A DNA stretch of 64,000 nt, taken from positions 6,316-70,315 of the IMG/VR virus record IMGVR_UViG_3300020036_002415. One strand, 5' to 3'. This document shows, in pieces, positions 28,504 through 39,067 of the stretch. The number at the start of each line of letters is the position of its first letter. The stretch's first letter is position 1. Position numbers and translations under genes: made by a program. Under the pieces are notes generated by a model. It saw nothing but the letters and a program-made list of their open reading frames with translations. It was not told where the DNA came from and ran no database searches. The DNA comes from a virus. Lineage: Duplodnaviria > Caudoviricetes.

Positions 28504-31500
28504 TATTTAAGTTTTTTATATTGAATTTCAGTAGAAGAAATCTTAAACCCTTCGTCAAAGGTATTAATAATATTGTAAATAACCAAGCGTCCTTGCATTC
28601 TAAAATTAGGAATTATTAATTTTCTAGGTATATATCCCTCATAACCAAAGTAATCCTTCATTATGTTAGGGCTTAAAGAATTATCAATTTGAGCCTCTGG
28701 AGCAGTAGCTACAAGATATTGTTCAAAGTTATCGTAGAAATCCACGAAGTTTGGCTTGAAGTTACTGTTAACTCTAATCCTAAGAAATTCTTTATCCATG
28801 AATCTGTTATCAGAAGGAGCGCGATCTTCATACGCAACGTCTCCAGCACAAACACCAATCAGCTCACTTATTATAGGAACTCCATTAATCTCATTGCCTG
28901 AATTAAGGAGATATGTTCCGGCGTTCTTTATACCATAAGTTTCGTTATCTATTGTTACATATCTATCGAAGTTATAGTCAAAACCACCTTGCCACATCTC
29001 TTGCTGATCTCCCCAAACTAATGTAGGAGATGGTATCATGTTTCTATCTAAAACATGACCACCGAAGTTAACCCAGTATTCATTATGAAGCTCATCATAA
29101 ACTCCAGTCAAATGCTTGGTATAATCGCTTGACATATTAGATAAGAAGTATGGATATAGCTTTGAGTGATACCCGGCTCTACCAATATCGACTAATTCAT
29201 TATCAATGAACTTGTAAGCAGACTTATTGTTAACAAACCACATAATATTATTGAACTCAGCGCCAGATCTCCAAGATTCTCCATTTAAACCTATATCTCT
29301 AGAAATCCAAAGCTCATTAAGTATTCCTCCAATATCTGAACCAACAGTAGCTAATTCGCTCGCATTAATCTCATGGATAATTCTCTTATCAACAAGAAGA
29401 AGACAAACACCCTTCTCTGTGAATGCGTAAAGATTATTACCTTTAGCTGAAATAGAAGAGAATGCTTTCTTTATTTCTCCACTATCATCTGAAATATCAT
29501 ACGTGTTATTACTAGGGAAAGTCCTAACGGTTGGAGAATCTTGAATATTAACGGGTCTTTTAACGCTCCAGCAAACTCTTGTACAGTATTTATTCTGCTC
29601 TGTGAATCCAAGCTCAGGAGTAGATGAAATAGTTTTAGTATCATCTGTCTGACTGTAATCCAAATTAACCATTGGAGTAGCGGTAGCTAAGTTTATGAAT
29701 CTTAATCCACCATATTGCCACAATAGATATTCACTTCCGTAATCATTCTCATACTCGGCATAGATGTTATTGTCTTCATATACATCAGCAGCAACTTCAT
29801 TAGCAAATAAAGAATCATCCCATCTATTAGGGCGCATAACATAGTTCTTTAAAGGGAACCATTGATCGCTAGAATGTTTAGGATCTTCGTTATTGAAGGC
29901 ATAATTTAGATTAACTCTGGTCTCACATATAAAGTTAGATACGAGCTGTCTGATTTGAGCAGAAGCTACACCTAATTCTTGAAACCTGAATTTATCTTGC
30001 TGTTGAATACTACCAAGAAGAACGCCAGAATCTTTAGAGCGCTTAACTATGAACATTCTTGGATTAACATGGTATTTTCTATAAGGGAATGCCACGTTTA
30101 ATTTGAAGTTATCACCGGCTGTAACAGGATCACCTCCTTTATCATACTCATTATCTTGCCAAGCACAAACATTGTCTCCTATCCAAGTATCTCCACCAAA
30201 AACCCTAACCGGTATTCTGTTGTCATAAGATACTAATACTTTGCTACCCAAAGCCGGAACCTGAGTTCCTTTAGCAAACAAAACATTGAAGTAGTCGAAA
30301 TTTAAAGAAAACGTCTTAGCAACACCATCGTTTGATTCCGTACTTGTGTACACTCCATAAACGTTATAAGATCCAGAAGCGTCAGTTGCAACATAAAACC
30401 CATCATCTGTTATATCAGTTAATATAGTAGTTATCTGAGGGTTGGAGAATTCGTTTACATTTAACCATCTCAATTTACCACCATTAGTATCCTCAATAAA
30501 GCAAAATCTATTCAAACCAGAGTAGTAACCACCATTGTCTCCAACAGTAACTGGAATGCAATCCTCCCATCTCTCATCAACAAGAGAGTAAGAATTAGTA
30601 TCATCATAGCTAGAAACTCCAATAAGAGAATCCAACTTCACATAGTTCCCACAGTATTTAAACTGAGTAGTGTTATTGTTTGGAACAACAGCATTTCTTT
30701 TAACTATGTTAACCATATATATAGGTTCATGCCAATTTTGAACATCTGGCTCGTCACCCTGATATTCTCCATTAGAATATTCTTGAGTATATATTGGCTG
30801 AGTGGTTCTTATTCTTAAATATTTTGATCTACCTTTTGTTATCTCTTCTACATCATCAATATCGTACAAGAAGTTTCCGTTATCCCCGGAAGTATGTTGT
30901 GGAGAAAACTGAGAAGTAGCTCTCCATTTGCCATAAGCAACAAATCTATCAAGAGTGGTCGCATCCAAAATACCCATATCCGGGTTTTCATCAGGATTGA
31001 TTCTAGCATTAGACCCCTCACCATCATTCAATAAACGACACCAAGTAACAACATCAGCCATTATGTCGCCGGTAACTGCATCATCAAAAGAGTAAACCTC
31101 TGTAAAGAATCCTAAAGGAGAAGCAAGCTCTAATCCATACGGTTCAAAATCAGATAATAATGAATCTACAAGTGAGTTATTTATGCCGTAATTATCATCA
31201 GCATCTGGAAGATACAACCAGAATTCATAAGGATCTTTAGATGTATTCGCGCCAAATTCTCCATCAGCTGATCTCAATTTGTAAAACCCAATTCCTTGAG
31301 CAGATATCTTTTCAGCAGGGGCGGTTCTAACAACAGAGAACGCTTTAGCCCAACTAGGAAATCCAGAAACGCCATTCAAAGCCATGCCCATAGAGAAGTA
31401 CCTTGGGCTGAATCCAGCAGGGTTATAATCAGAAGCAGCTCCTGAGTTCTCAACTTTATAGTTTACCTTATAGTCAAGAGAGTCAATATTTGTGTCGTCT

Positions 31501-33158
31501 TGATTAGTTGGGTAAAATGGTCTATATCCTAATTCGCTACCAGTAACAGTAACACCAAATCCATCATCAGCAGCAGTTGGACAAGATACGTCGTAATTTA
31601 CCTCTCCATCAGACTTATGAGCCGTTCCGGTTATATTGCCAAATATTGATTCGCTGAATATGTTTTTGTAATCACAACCATCTTCTTTAGCTGTGGCATC
31701 AATTAAATCAAACACTTCGTGCGTTTGAGAAACGTTTCCATCAGTATCAGCAGCCCTAACGGTTCCGTAATAAGATATATCTTCAGTTAATGTACTAATT
31801 GTATCTCTACGGCTAGGTAATTCATAGCTTTCAAATCCGGGAATCTCATCAGCATAAGACCAGTTTCCTTGAGAATCCCAGAGTATTGTAGCCCACCCGT
31901 AAGTTTCATGCCTCATTAAAGACTTGAAAGAGGCTCCATTATAAGGTTCTCCATGACCACGAACACCCATGTTGTGTATAACCGGGAACATTGCGTTGGA
32001 TCCTCCGTTATAAACTAAGTCTCCAGAAATATCCATTGACTCGTACTCAACATTCATTAAGTACAAGGTGTTGTTAAAATATCTTACTGTTTTAGCCTTT
32101 TTAATAGAAGCTAATACCTCTATAGCTTCATCTCCGCTTACAACTTCTTCAGCAGCCTTTCCTTGATCTAGAATGTCTCTAACAGATAATTCTCCGCTAT
32201 TTACATCTATTCTGGCTATAATCTCCATAACAGGAGGGCTACCTAAAGCATCTTCTGCATACCAAGAATCACGACGAAGCTCTATAAAGTCATAGTCGTT
32301 TGAATTATCTATACGCAACTTTATATGCGCCCCATATATACTTGGAGATGATATATCAGCAGGTTTAGATATAGTTTGAAGGTGCGGGAAATGTGGTTCG
32401 TTTCCGCTAGTTAAACGCTTTACAACTGGTATCATATCAGTTGGAGGAGACCATTGTGTTCTATCTCCAGCCGCAGTAGCGAATCTGTAAGAGTATGTGT
32501 AGTAACCAACAGGCAATCCTAAACCGTAAAGTACATTTGTGTATCCACCGGTACTTGCATCTAATTTTATAAACACCGGGTGATTAACAGCGCGACTTAA
32601 AGAAAGTCTATATAAGTCTATATTGAAGTCAGCGAAGTACTTTTCAGAGCAAACGCCATCATCAGTCATTCCACTATTATTCATTAAATCCAATGCATTG
32701 AATATCATTGGCTCAACGTTAAAGTCGGTGACATATATTTCTCCACCAATACAAGATTCATTTACATCAATCTGTAAAGGAAATGGATATGTTATCGGAA
32801 AGTCTGCAGAAAGAAGTACAATTTGACCATTAATTCTAACGTAAGACGGAAGCACTCCTTCTTCGTCAGCCCAAAACTCAACTATATTTCCATTTACTAC
32901 GCACGTTCCAATATTTGAATAAGTGGCAGCCATAGGAGAATCATCTCCATCAATACAATTGTTATTTATGTTTGGGTATATTAGCTCTTCTCCACCAATC
33001 TTTTTTATTGCCCCATTAGTTGAGTCCATAGACATATTACGCATATTTCTTGCGTCTATGTATTGACCCTGACCTATTGTTGTAAATTCCTTATCAGTAT
33101 CAAAATTAGCACCCTTATCGTAAGTCCTTCTGTCTTTTGGATGGTGATATTGCTTCAT
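28503..33158 (-). CDS. Tail muzzle/stabilisation protein (crAss-like, tubular protein B position)
   Basis: 1551 aa; Y.DARNMR N-terminus; KSLMRHETYGWATILWD; VRVFGGDTWI; follows three ring proteins. Confidence 0.7.
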   Translation of the reverse strand: MKQYHHPKDRRTYDKGANFDTDKEFTTIGQGQYIDARNMRNMSMDSTNGAIKKIGGEELIYPNINNNCIDGDDSPMAATYSNIGTCVVNGNIVEFWADEEGVLPSYVRINGQIVLLSADFPITYPFPLQIDVNESCIGGEIYVTDFNVEPMIFNALDLMNNSGMTDDGVCSEKYFADFNIDLYRLSLSRAVNHPVFIKLDASTGGYTNVLYGLGLPVGYYTYSYRFATAAGDRTQWSPPTDMIPVVKRLTSGNEPHFPHLQTISKPADISSPSIYGAHIKLRIDNSNDYDFIELRRDSWYAEDALGSPPVMEIIARIDVNSGELSVRDILDQGKAAEEVVSGDEAIEVLASIKKAKTVRYFNNTLYLMNVEYESMDISGDLVYNGGSNAMFPVIHNMGVRGHGEPYNGASFKSLMRHETYGWATILWDSQGNWSYADEIPGFESYELPSRRDTISTLTEDISYYGTVRAADTDGNVSQTHEVFDLIDATAKEDGCDYKNIFSESIFGNITGTAHKSDGEVNYDVSCPTAADDGFGVTVTGSELGYRPFYPTNQDDTNIDSLDYKVNYKVENSGAASDYNPAGFSPRYFSMGMALNGVSGFPSWAKAFSVVRTAPAEKISAQGIGFYKLRSADGEFGANTSKDPYEFWLYLPDADDNYGINNSLVDSLLSDFEPYGLELASPLGFFTEVYSFDDAVTGDIMADVVTWCRLLNDGEGSNARINPDENPDMGILDATTLDRFVAYGKWRATSQFSPQHTSGDNGNFLYDIDDVEEITKGRSKYLRIRTTQPIYTQEYSNGEYQGDEPDVQNWHEPIYMVNIVKRNAVVPNNNTTQFKYCGNYVKLDSLIGVSSYDDTNSYSLVDERWEDCIPVTVGDNGGYYSGLNRFCFIEDTNGGKLRWLNVNEFSNPQITTILTDITDDGFYVATDASGSYNVYGVYTSTESNDGVAKTFSLNFDYFNVLFAKGTQVPALGSKVLVSYDNRIPVRVFGGDTWIGDNVCAWQDNEYDKGGDPVTAGDNFKLNVAFPYRKYHVNPRMFIVKRSKDSGVLLGSIQQQDKFRFQELGVASAQIRQLVSNFICETRVNLNYAFNNEDPKHSSDQWFPLKNYVMRPNRWDDSLFANEVAADVYEDNNIYAEYENDYGSEYLLWQYGGLRFINLATATPMVNLDYSQTDDTKTISSTPELGFTEQNKYCTRVCWSVKRPVNIQDSPTVRTFPSNNTYDISDDSGEIKKAFSSISAKGNNLYAFTEKGVCLLLVDKRIIHEINASELATVGSDIGGILNELWISRDIGLNGESWRSGAEFNNIMWFVNNKSAYKFIDNELVDIGRAGYHSKLYPYFLSNMSSDYTKHLTGVYDELHNEYWVNFGGHVLDRNMIPSPTLVWGDQQEMWQGGFDYNFDRYVTIDNETYGIKNAGTYLLNSGNEINGVPIISELIGVCAGDVAYEDRAPSDNRFMDKEFLRIRVNSNFKPNFVDFYDNFEQYLVATAPEAQIDNSLSPNIMKDYFGYEGYIPRKLIIPNFRMQGRLVIYNIINTFDEGFKISSTEIQYKKLK

Positions 33159-33163
33159 TTTGT

Positions 33164-33931
33164 CTATTTATGATAAATTGCAGATAAATATTCATTCATG
33201 TCTTCCTTCTCCCATGAGTCCATACTAGATGCTCTCATTAGTGCTTTTCTCCAGCTACCGGTTCTAATATTGTAAAGCTTGTCGTATGAATCTCTCCATA
33301 GCGTATTATACATTCTAGCATCAGTAGATTTCATCGAGTTATACCATCTTTCCTCTAAGTAGTCAACAATAGCTCTCTCAAAGAATCTAGGTATAATTGG
33401 AACATCTCCAACTTCAGCTCCCATTCCATTACAGATGATTCTAATCTTTCCGTATGAAGAACAGTGAGAAGATAGCATTAAAGTTCCATTTTGGACATTG
33501 CCGTAGTATTTAGGTGATCCAAATGTATTGTCGTGGATATTAGATATCTCAGATACAGAAGGAACGAATGGAGAAGCATTTCCTCCGCCTTCCATTACTC
33601 TAGCAGTATATCCACCATTCTTATTATCGAAAGTTCTCTTAAAGTGAACTATTTGAGATCCACTAGGAGTGCAGCAATTATCACCATTATAGATGTATAT
33701 CTCTCTGATGTTAAATACATTACTAGGTAATTCCAATCTAAGGTTAGACGGAATATCGTAATCTAGTGTAATTTCTTGATAAAATGAATCAAAGTTCAAC
33801 TCCTGAAGAGCGTCTTGTATTCTAGACATATACCATCCCTTGCTAAACCCTTTTCTAAAGGATCTATCATTAACAATAGTAGCAGCCTCTGCTATAATAT
33901 GATTAGAGGAAACAAATGAATTACTTGTCAT
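33164..33931 (-). CDS. Tail ring/tubular protein
   Basis: 255 aa; one of three similar-sized coupled genes between capsid and muzzle. Confidence 0.6.
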   Translation of the reverse strand: MTSNSFVSSNHIIAEAATIVNDRSFRKGFSKGWYMSRIQDALQELNFDSFYQEITLDYDIPSNLRLELPSNVFNIREIYIYNGDNCCTPSGSQIVHFKRTFDNKNGGYTARVMEGGGNASPFVPSVSEISNIHDNTFGSPKYYGNVQNGTLMLSSHCSSYGKIRIICNGMGAEVGDVPIIPRFFERAIVDYLEERWYNSMKSTDARMYNTLWRDSYDKLYNIRTGSWRKALMRASSMDSWEKEDMNEYLSAIYHK

Positions 33932-34626
33932 TATTGCTCAGGATTTGTTTCAGGAGCGCTTGGAATCTCAGCAGGTCTTGCGCTGTCAGCTCCTTGGTTA
34001 ACGTTCTCATTTGGTATCATCATAACGAATCTACCAAGCTGAAGAACAGCAGTCATTAATTCTTCAATTCTTTCATTAGGTATTGGAATCTCATCGTCAA
34101 GATCACAAATAGTTGCAGGGTTTATAGATCCGCGAATAGCGATATCAAGGCATCTAACCTCTATACACTCTATTCCAAGAAGGTATAATCTGTTTACTTT
34201 AACACTATCAACTTTATCGCCTACTCTATAAAAATAAGGATTATCAGCAGCCGGCGTTGTGTACTCATCCATGTAAAGCATAAATGCCTCACTCATTCTA
34301 GTTGGTTGAAAGAATACCTTTGTAAATGGGTATGGATTACACTCATCAGCACAATAAGTCAACATCTCTATACCGTTCTCGTTAGTAAGATCCATTATAT
34401 CAGCAGGAAGATCAATATACTTCTTACCACTAGAATCTGTCATTATCGGAATATTTGAGAATGTAGAAGTATATAATCCAGTATTAGTCTTTAAAAACTG
34501 ATCTACATTTATTCTGTTAGAAACAACAGAGATCCAATACAAGACATGAGAGAGTCTTATATCAGCATCATCAAACATCTTGTTTAAAGACGATAATAAA
34601 TCATATCCTACGTATCTATATGTCAT
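33931..34626 (-). CDS. Tail ring/tubular protein
   Basis: DLDDEIPIP...EEL C-terminal motif typical of ring proteins. Confidence 0.6.
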   Translation of the reverse strand: MTYRYVGYDLLSSLNKMFDDADIRLSHVLYWISVVSNRINVDQFLKTNTGLYTSTFSNIPIMTDSSGKKYIDLPADIMDLTNENGIEMLTYCADECNPYPFTKVFFQPTRMSEAFMLYMDEYTTPAADNPYFYRVGDKVDSVKVNRLYLLGIECIEVRCLDIAIRGSINPATICDLDDEIPIPNERIEELMTAVLQLGRFVMMIPNENVNQGADSARPAEIPSAPETNPEQ

Positions 34627-35390
34627 TAAAGAATAGTTTGAATTAATGTATTTATATCATCTTTTGTTATTGCATCTAAGTTAGTTCCGTCTCCTTGTTT
34701 ATACGCGATATACGAAAGAGCTTTATTGAACACTATTTGAAACAAAGAAGAAGGCAATTCTATATCATCAGTGAGTGCCGTAACATCAGATGGCTTTTTC
34801 ACGTAGATAACAGTTGCCAATCCGTTAACAATATAAGGTCTTATTTCGACATCTTTTACAGATGTTGCTCCGGTTTCCTTAAAATACTTTATAGGATTCA
34901 GGTACGCGAAGTCTAAAAGCTCAGGACATAGTTGATTTTGAACAACATTACCGGCAGCGAATGGATTATTTCTATTGATGCTCCATTCTTCTACAGATAA
35001 ACGTTTTGCATCGTAATCAGAAGAAATATGATAAAGATCAGATCTATGAACTGATTTTTTCAAGTCAGGCTGAAGAACAGCTGCACTTCCGGTTGAGTCT
35101 GTAGTAGGTCTTGGATATATAGCCAAAATAGTCCACACCTCATCTGGTATGGACTCTATTTCGACTCTACTATCTTTAGAAGTTTGCATTACTCTAGCGA
35201 TTGAGATATCAGAAAGTGATTCCTCACTAATCTTCTTTTCTCCTAGAGCTACATTTATAACACCAACAGACCATCGTACAGAAGCGTTGATTGCTGGAAT
35301 TATATCGAGTGTGTCGCTATAGTGATCCGAATCTTCCGCATCTAGCGCGAACCTTAATTGATTCGCAATATCTTGAGCCAGTATTGGCAT
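34626..35390 (-). CDS. Tail ring/tubular protein
   Basis: IYVKKPSDV...IELPSSL...KAL motif typical of ring proteins. Confidence 0.6.
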   Translation of the reverse strand: MPILAQDIANQLRFALDAEDSDHYSDTLDIIPAINASVRWSVGVINVALGEKKISEESLSDISIARVMQTSKDSRVEIESIPDEVWTILAIYPRPTTDSTGSAAVLQPDLKKSVHRSDLYHISSDYDAKRLSVEEWSINRNNPFAAGNVVQNQLCPELLDFAYLNPIKYFKETGATSVKDVEIRPYIVNGLATVIYVKKPSDVTALTDDIELPSSLFQIVFNKALSYIAYKQGDGTNLDAITKDDINTLIQTIL

Positions 35391-35408
35391 TGTTTATGTT
35401 TTTAAAAG

Positions 35409-36167
35409 TTAATAAATATCAGAAGACGCTGATCCCGCTGATCCTGCATCTCTGTACTCAACTTTTCGATTGTTGTCATCTCTCTCAGCTTTAAACTCCA
35501 TCTCCTGTTTTAATTTAACCTTCTGGATACTTTGTTTTGCCAATTTTTGGATCAACTCTTTTCTTAATTGATCTAAGTCGCTATGAACCCCCATTCCTTC
35601 TGATTTGCATCTTTCGATAACTTGCATATCACTCATCCCGGAAACTCTAGCTGCACTTTCAGCCATCTTCTCAGCTAAAGTAACATCTACCGACTTAACA
35701 TCATTTATATTCTCAAAAAACTTAATTCCAAATAAAGAATGTTTTCTCAACCATTCAGATGTAGCCTTGCTTCTGATAGTTGCCTGTGAAACAGCTACTG
35801 TCTCAACAGCTCTACCGGCTCCTTTTCTGTTGTATCTATAAAGCTTTTTAAACTTTACAAACTCACGGTTTGGTGGAAAACTTTCTTTCCCGCTTCTTTT
35901 ATCACTGTGAACAGCATATTCAGAAGAAAAAGAAAAGAATACAGCAGGGTATTCCATGTAATCCTCTAAAATATCATATTCCTCTGGTGTCTCAGGAGCT
36001 TTCTTTTCATTCTTTAGAATGTTTATCTGCTCTTGTAGATCTTTTAAAATCTGTGAAAAATCTGTAGAAGAAGCTTGCTCTTTTGTTTCGGTGGCAACTT
36101 CTGTTTTAAGACTAGATTCTACTTTATCTTTTTTGTCTCCCTTTTCTGAACTCTTTACGTTACTCAT
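35409..36167 (-). CDS. Conserved hypothetical virion-block protein
   Basis: 252-aa ORF directly downstream of the MCP terminator. Confidence 0.6.
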   Translation of the reverse strand: MSNVKSSEKGDKKDKVESSLKTEVATETKEQASSTDFSQILKDLQEQINILKNEKKAPETPEEYDILEDYMEYPAVFFSFSSEYAVHSDKRSGKESFPPNREFVKFKKLYRYNRKGAGRAVETVAVSQATIRSKATSEWLRKHSLFGIKFFENINDVKSVDVTLAEKMAESAARVSGMSDMQVIERCKSEGMGVHSDLDQLRKELIQKLAKQSIQKVKLKQEMEFKAERDDNNRKVEYRDAGSAGSASSDIY

Positions 36168-36206
36168 TTTTCTTGTGTTAAAAAGATTATTAATTGATTA
36201 AAATAA

Positions 36207-36253
36207 GGGGTGACTCCTAAGAGCGTGTATAACACACTCCTAAAAACCACCCC
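36207..36253 (-). terminator. Long-stem terminator after the major capsid gene
   Basis: ~22-bp imperfect stem GGGGTGG...TCACCCC followed by TTATTTT on the minus strand. Confidence 0.7.
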
Positions 36254-36267
36254 AAGTGTTTGTTAGA

Positions 36268-37506
36268 TTAGTCTAGCAAGTCAATCCATCCGCAAGCAAG
36301 AGGGTTATTGAATTTAACACCCATGTTTGCATCAACCCACATTTCCTCGTAACGCTTAGGAATACCATCTTTTCTAGAAAGAGTGTCTCCTGAACGCTCA
36401 CCCCACATTCTACACATTGAGATATTTTTCATATCCAAGATGAAGATACGGTTAGCGAAAGACGCAGGGAAAGAAGCCTCATCTTCAAATCGTTTGTAAG
36501 GAACAAGAACGATACGAGACGATCCAATGTTGATCTCATCAAGCGCAAGCTTAGCGATCATGTCATTAGGAGTGTAACGTGTTTTTTCGTCTTTGTATGC
36601 CTTAGACAATTTAAGGATTTGGCGTGGAGTTGCAAAAGCAAAACGAACAGCACCATAGTCACCAAACTCTGTAGACAATACGATGTCTTCAAAAGCGTCT
36701 GGCAATGTAGCAGTAGTTGCAGTAGAGTTAGGTGATCCAGCAGCTACCATCGCAGGGAATACTCCTTGAGTGATTTTTGCTTTCTCATTTTTAGATGTGA
36801 TACCTTCTCCTTTTTCTCCATTCCAAAAAGCATTTGAAATATCAATACGGAATTGGTTGTACATCGCAGCACGCTCCATTTGCAAGAAGTTGCTAGTTAC
36901 AGCAGCTTGCTTCAATTTGAACAATTCAACTTCGCCATATTTAATAACTTTGTTGAACAATTGAACGTAATTGAAACGCTCTACTGTAGATGCGCGGAAA
37001 TATTGAGCCCATCCATCAGTTCCATCTGCCTCTAAAGAAGAGAGGTTAGAGAATAAATCTCCAATAACAACAGCCGGAAGAGAATCGTTAACAAGAGGAG
37101 CTACAGTGATTTCCAAAGTAGTTTTGTTAACATCAATTACAGTTCCTTTTTTGTTATTAGGATAAGTGATGATTGTATCAGTAGAAATGTTCTCTACAGA
37201 AGACAAAGCAAATGTTTGAGTAGCCGGGTGAGAAACAGCTCCTGTGTTAGCAGTTGCAGTCAAAGGCTCACGTTGGTAACCCATTTCTTTGTAGAAGAAC
37301 TCATCTGAATTCACTTGCTCAAACTCCTTCATGTTAAGAAGTTTCAAGTCAAAGAATTGGCGAGGAGCCGAATCAAAGATAACTTTGTTTGTTGCCTTTT
37401 GGACTAATAGGCTAATTTCATGTCCATAATCATTCGCATATTGCGATCCGATTGAGTTCAAATTTTGGTTGTTGAACGTGTCATTCGGTAAGTTGTATAA
37501 AGCCAT
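36268..37506 (-). CDS. Major capsid protein (HK97 fold, SU10/DUF5309-like)
   Basis: 412 aa, strongly biased codons, between scaffold and a terminator; FNYVQLF and NAFWNGEKG patterns. Confidence 0.85.
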   Translation of the reverse strand: MALYNLPNDTFNNQNLNSIGSQYANDYGHEISLLVQKATNKVIFDSAPRQFFDLKLLNMKEFEQVNSDEFFYKEMGYQREPLTATANTGAVSHPATQTFALSSVENISTDTIITYPNNKKGTVIDVNKTTLEITVAPLVNDSLPAVVIGDLFSNLSSLEADGTDGWAQYFRASTVERFNYVQLFNKVIKYGEVELFKLKQAAVTSNFLQMERAAMYNQFRIDISNAFWNGEKGEGITSKNEKAKITQGVFPAMVAAGSPNSTATTATLPDAFEDIVLSTEFGDYGAVRFAFATPRQILKLSKAYKDEKTRYTPNDMIAKLALDEINIGSSRIVLVPYKRFEDEASFPASFANRIFILDMKNISMCRMWGERSGDTLSRKDGIPKRYEEMWVDANMGVKFNNPLACGWIDLLD

Positions 37507-37530
37507 TTTTATTTTTTGGTTTAAAGGTTA

Positions 37531-38724
37531 TTATTCGTATGGGTCTTTATTGAAGTGAGAACTTAAATGTTCCACAGCTTTATTCGCAACTTGCTCTTTT
37601 TGCATAGCAGATGATGACTTACCCTTGTCTAACTTTTTCTTGCTTTTATTCACAATTTCTAAGTTAGCCTCGGTAATCCCTTGATTCTTCGCAACTGAAG
37701 CAGACCTCTTATTCAGTTTCTCGTAATGTAGGGCATTTGCTAAACGTAATGCTGCATCATCTTTATACGAACCGTCTTTGTTCCGAAAGATGCTATCAGT
37801 ATCTCCATTAACCAAAATCTGACGAATTCTTTGTTTTTCGGCAGAATTGAAGTTAGGGAATTGCTTCTCTAGGTTTTTAACGGAACTGACAACACTTTCT
37901 TTTACTTTCTTAGTCTTAACTTGTTCTTGGCGTATTAGGTCAGCACGTTTATCCTCAATACTTTTTCTATCTTTCTTATATAAAGCCTTTGCTGCATCAG
38001 CAAGGTCGTTTATTCTTTCATCAGCAACATCTTCAGTGATGTCATCCTCGTCAAGCTTCTTGATAATACTTTTGTATTTATCAGGAAAGTAATAATTGAC
38101 AATATCATCCTTTTTGTGATCGTCAAAATCTCTGTTGAAGTCGAATCTATTTACTGATCCGAATGCTTCATTATAATCAGCACCGCTAGCAAATGCATTA
38201 ATTGATGCCTTTAGATTATCAGGTAGTGACGCTAAAGCTTCTAATAGCTCTTCTTTCTCTTCCTGAATATCTGTTAACTTCTGGCTATCATTTCTCCATT
38301 TATCAACACTACCAAAGAACTTAGATTCCTCACCTATAGAGTATTTCTTCTTAATAAAATCTTTCGCTTTCTCATCAAAAGCAAAAGGAACCTCTACAGA
38401 TTTAACTTTTTTGCTGGAACCAAACACATCGTCCTCATCTTCATCTTCTTCAGCCTCATCTTCATCTTCATCTTCGACTCCTTCTTCGTCTTCAGCTTCT
38501 TCACTATCATCGTATTCTTCTTCGTCTGAAACGGAATCGGTTAGATCATCTTCGTCTTTTTTCGGCTTATCTGTAGAGGCAGCCTTTTTAATTGTATCAG
38601 CAAGCCCTGAAAATTCAGCTTCTTCAGCTAGTTCAGGAAACATTTCTGACAACACATTTACTTGCGCTAAACTATCGTAAATCTCGTTAGCTTTAGCAGC
38701 TTCTTTTTCGTTTTCTTTCGCCAT
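37531..38724 (-). CDS. Capsid scaffold/assembly protein
   Basis: Highly acidic N-terminal half, helical C-terminal half; immediately upstream of the MCP with its own promoter. Confidence 0.7.
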   Translation of the reverse strand: MAKENEKEAAKANEIYDSLAQVNVLSEMFPELAEEAEFSGLADTIKKAASTDKPKKDEDDLTDSVSDEEEYDDSEEAEDEEGVEDEDEDEAEEDEDEDDVFGSSKKVKSVEVPFAFDEKAKDFIKKKYSIGEESKFFGSVDKWRNDSQKLTDIQEEKEELLEALASLPDNLKASINAFASGADYNEAFGSVNRFDFNRDFDDHKKDDIVNYYFPDKYKSIIKKLDEDDITEDVADERINDLADAAKALYKKDRKSIEDKRADLIRQEQVKTKKVKESVVSSVKNLEKQFPNFNSAEKQRIRQILVNGDTDSIFRNKDGSYKDDAALRLANALHYEKLNKRSASVAKNQGITEANLEIVNKSKKKLDKGKSSSAMQKEQVANKAVEHLSSHFNKDPYE

Positions 38725-38742
38725 CTTAGTCGTTATTGGTTA

Positions 38743-38760
38743 CAAATATAATTATTTTTT
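38743..38760 (-). promoter_or_regulatory. Late promoter (Bacteroidota type)
   Basis: AAAAAATAATTATATTTG, an identical 18-mer to 43515..43532. Confidence 0.75.
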
Positions 38761-38770
38761 TTTAATTAAA

Positions 38771-39067
38771 CTACTTTCTTGGTTTAACTTTTTTATTTAT
38801 CTTACCCCTGACAGAGGAATTATTATGCTTGTTATACTTATAATCTGAAGCTTTTCCGCCCCTATCTTTAGCAGCGCGATCATTAGATCTCTCAGCAGGA
38901 CTCATTTTTCCACGACGCTCTCCTTTATCAGTAGCCTCATTAGAACCCTTTTTAATATTACCGGCTTTTTGTTGTCTCTTAGTTGCTATAGCTATAGCGA
39001 TACCTGTTGGTATTCCTTTAGCTTCTAATTGAGATACAAGTCTTTTTAAAATTGGAGCTACTGCCAT
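38771..39067 (-). CDS. Small basic hypothetical protein
   Basis: 98 aa, K/R-rich, coupled to the portal stop codon. Confidence 0.6.
   Translation of the reverse strand: MAVAPILKRLVSQLEAKGIPTGIAIAIATKRQQKAGNIKKGSNEATDKGERRGKMSPAERSNDRAAKDRGGKASDYKYNKHNNSSVRGKINKKVKPRK

Noticed and set aside
17599-35494. Numerous plus-strand ORFs antisense to structural genes
   Set aside because: These are shadow frames of long minus-strand genes, S/F/L-rich, with no initiation signals or motifs.
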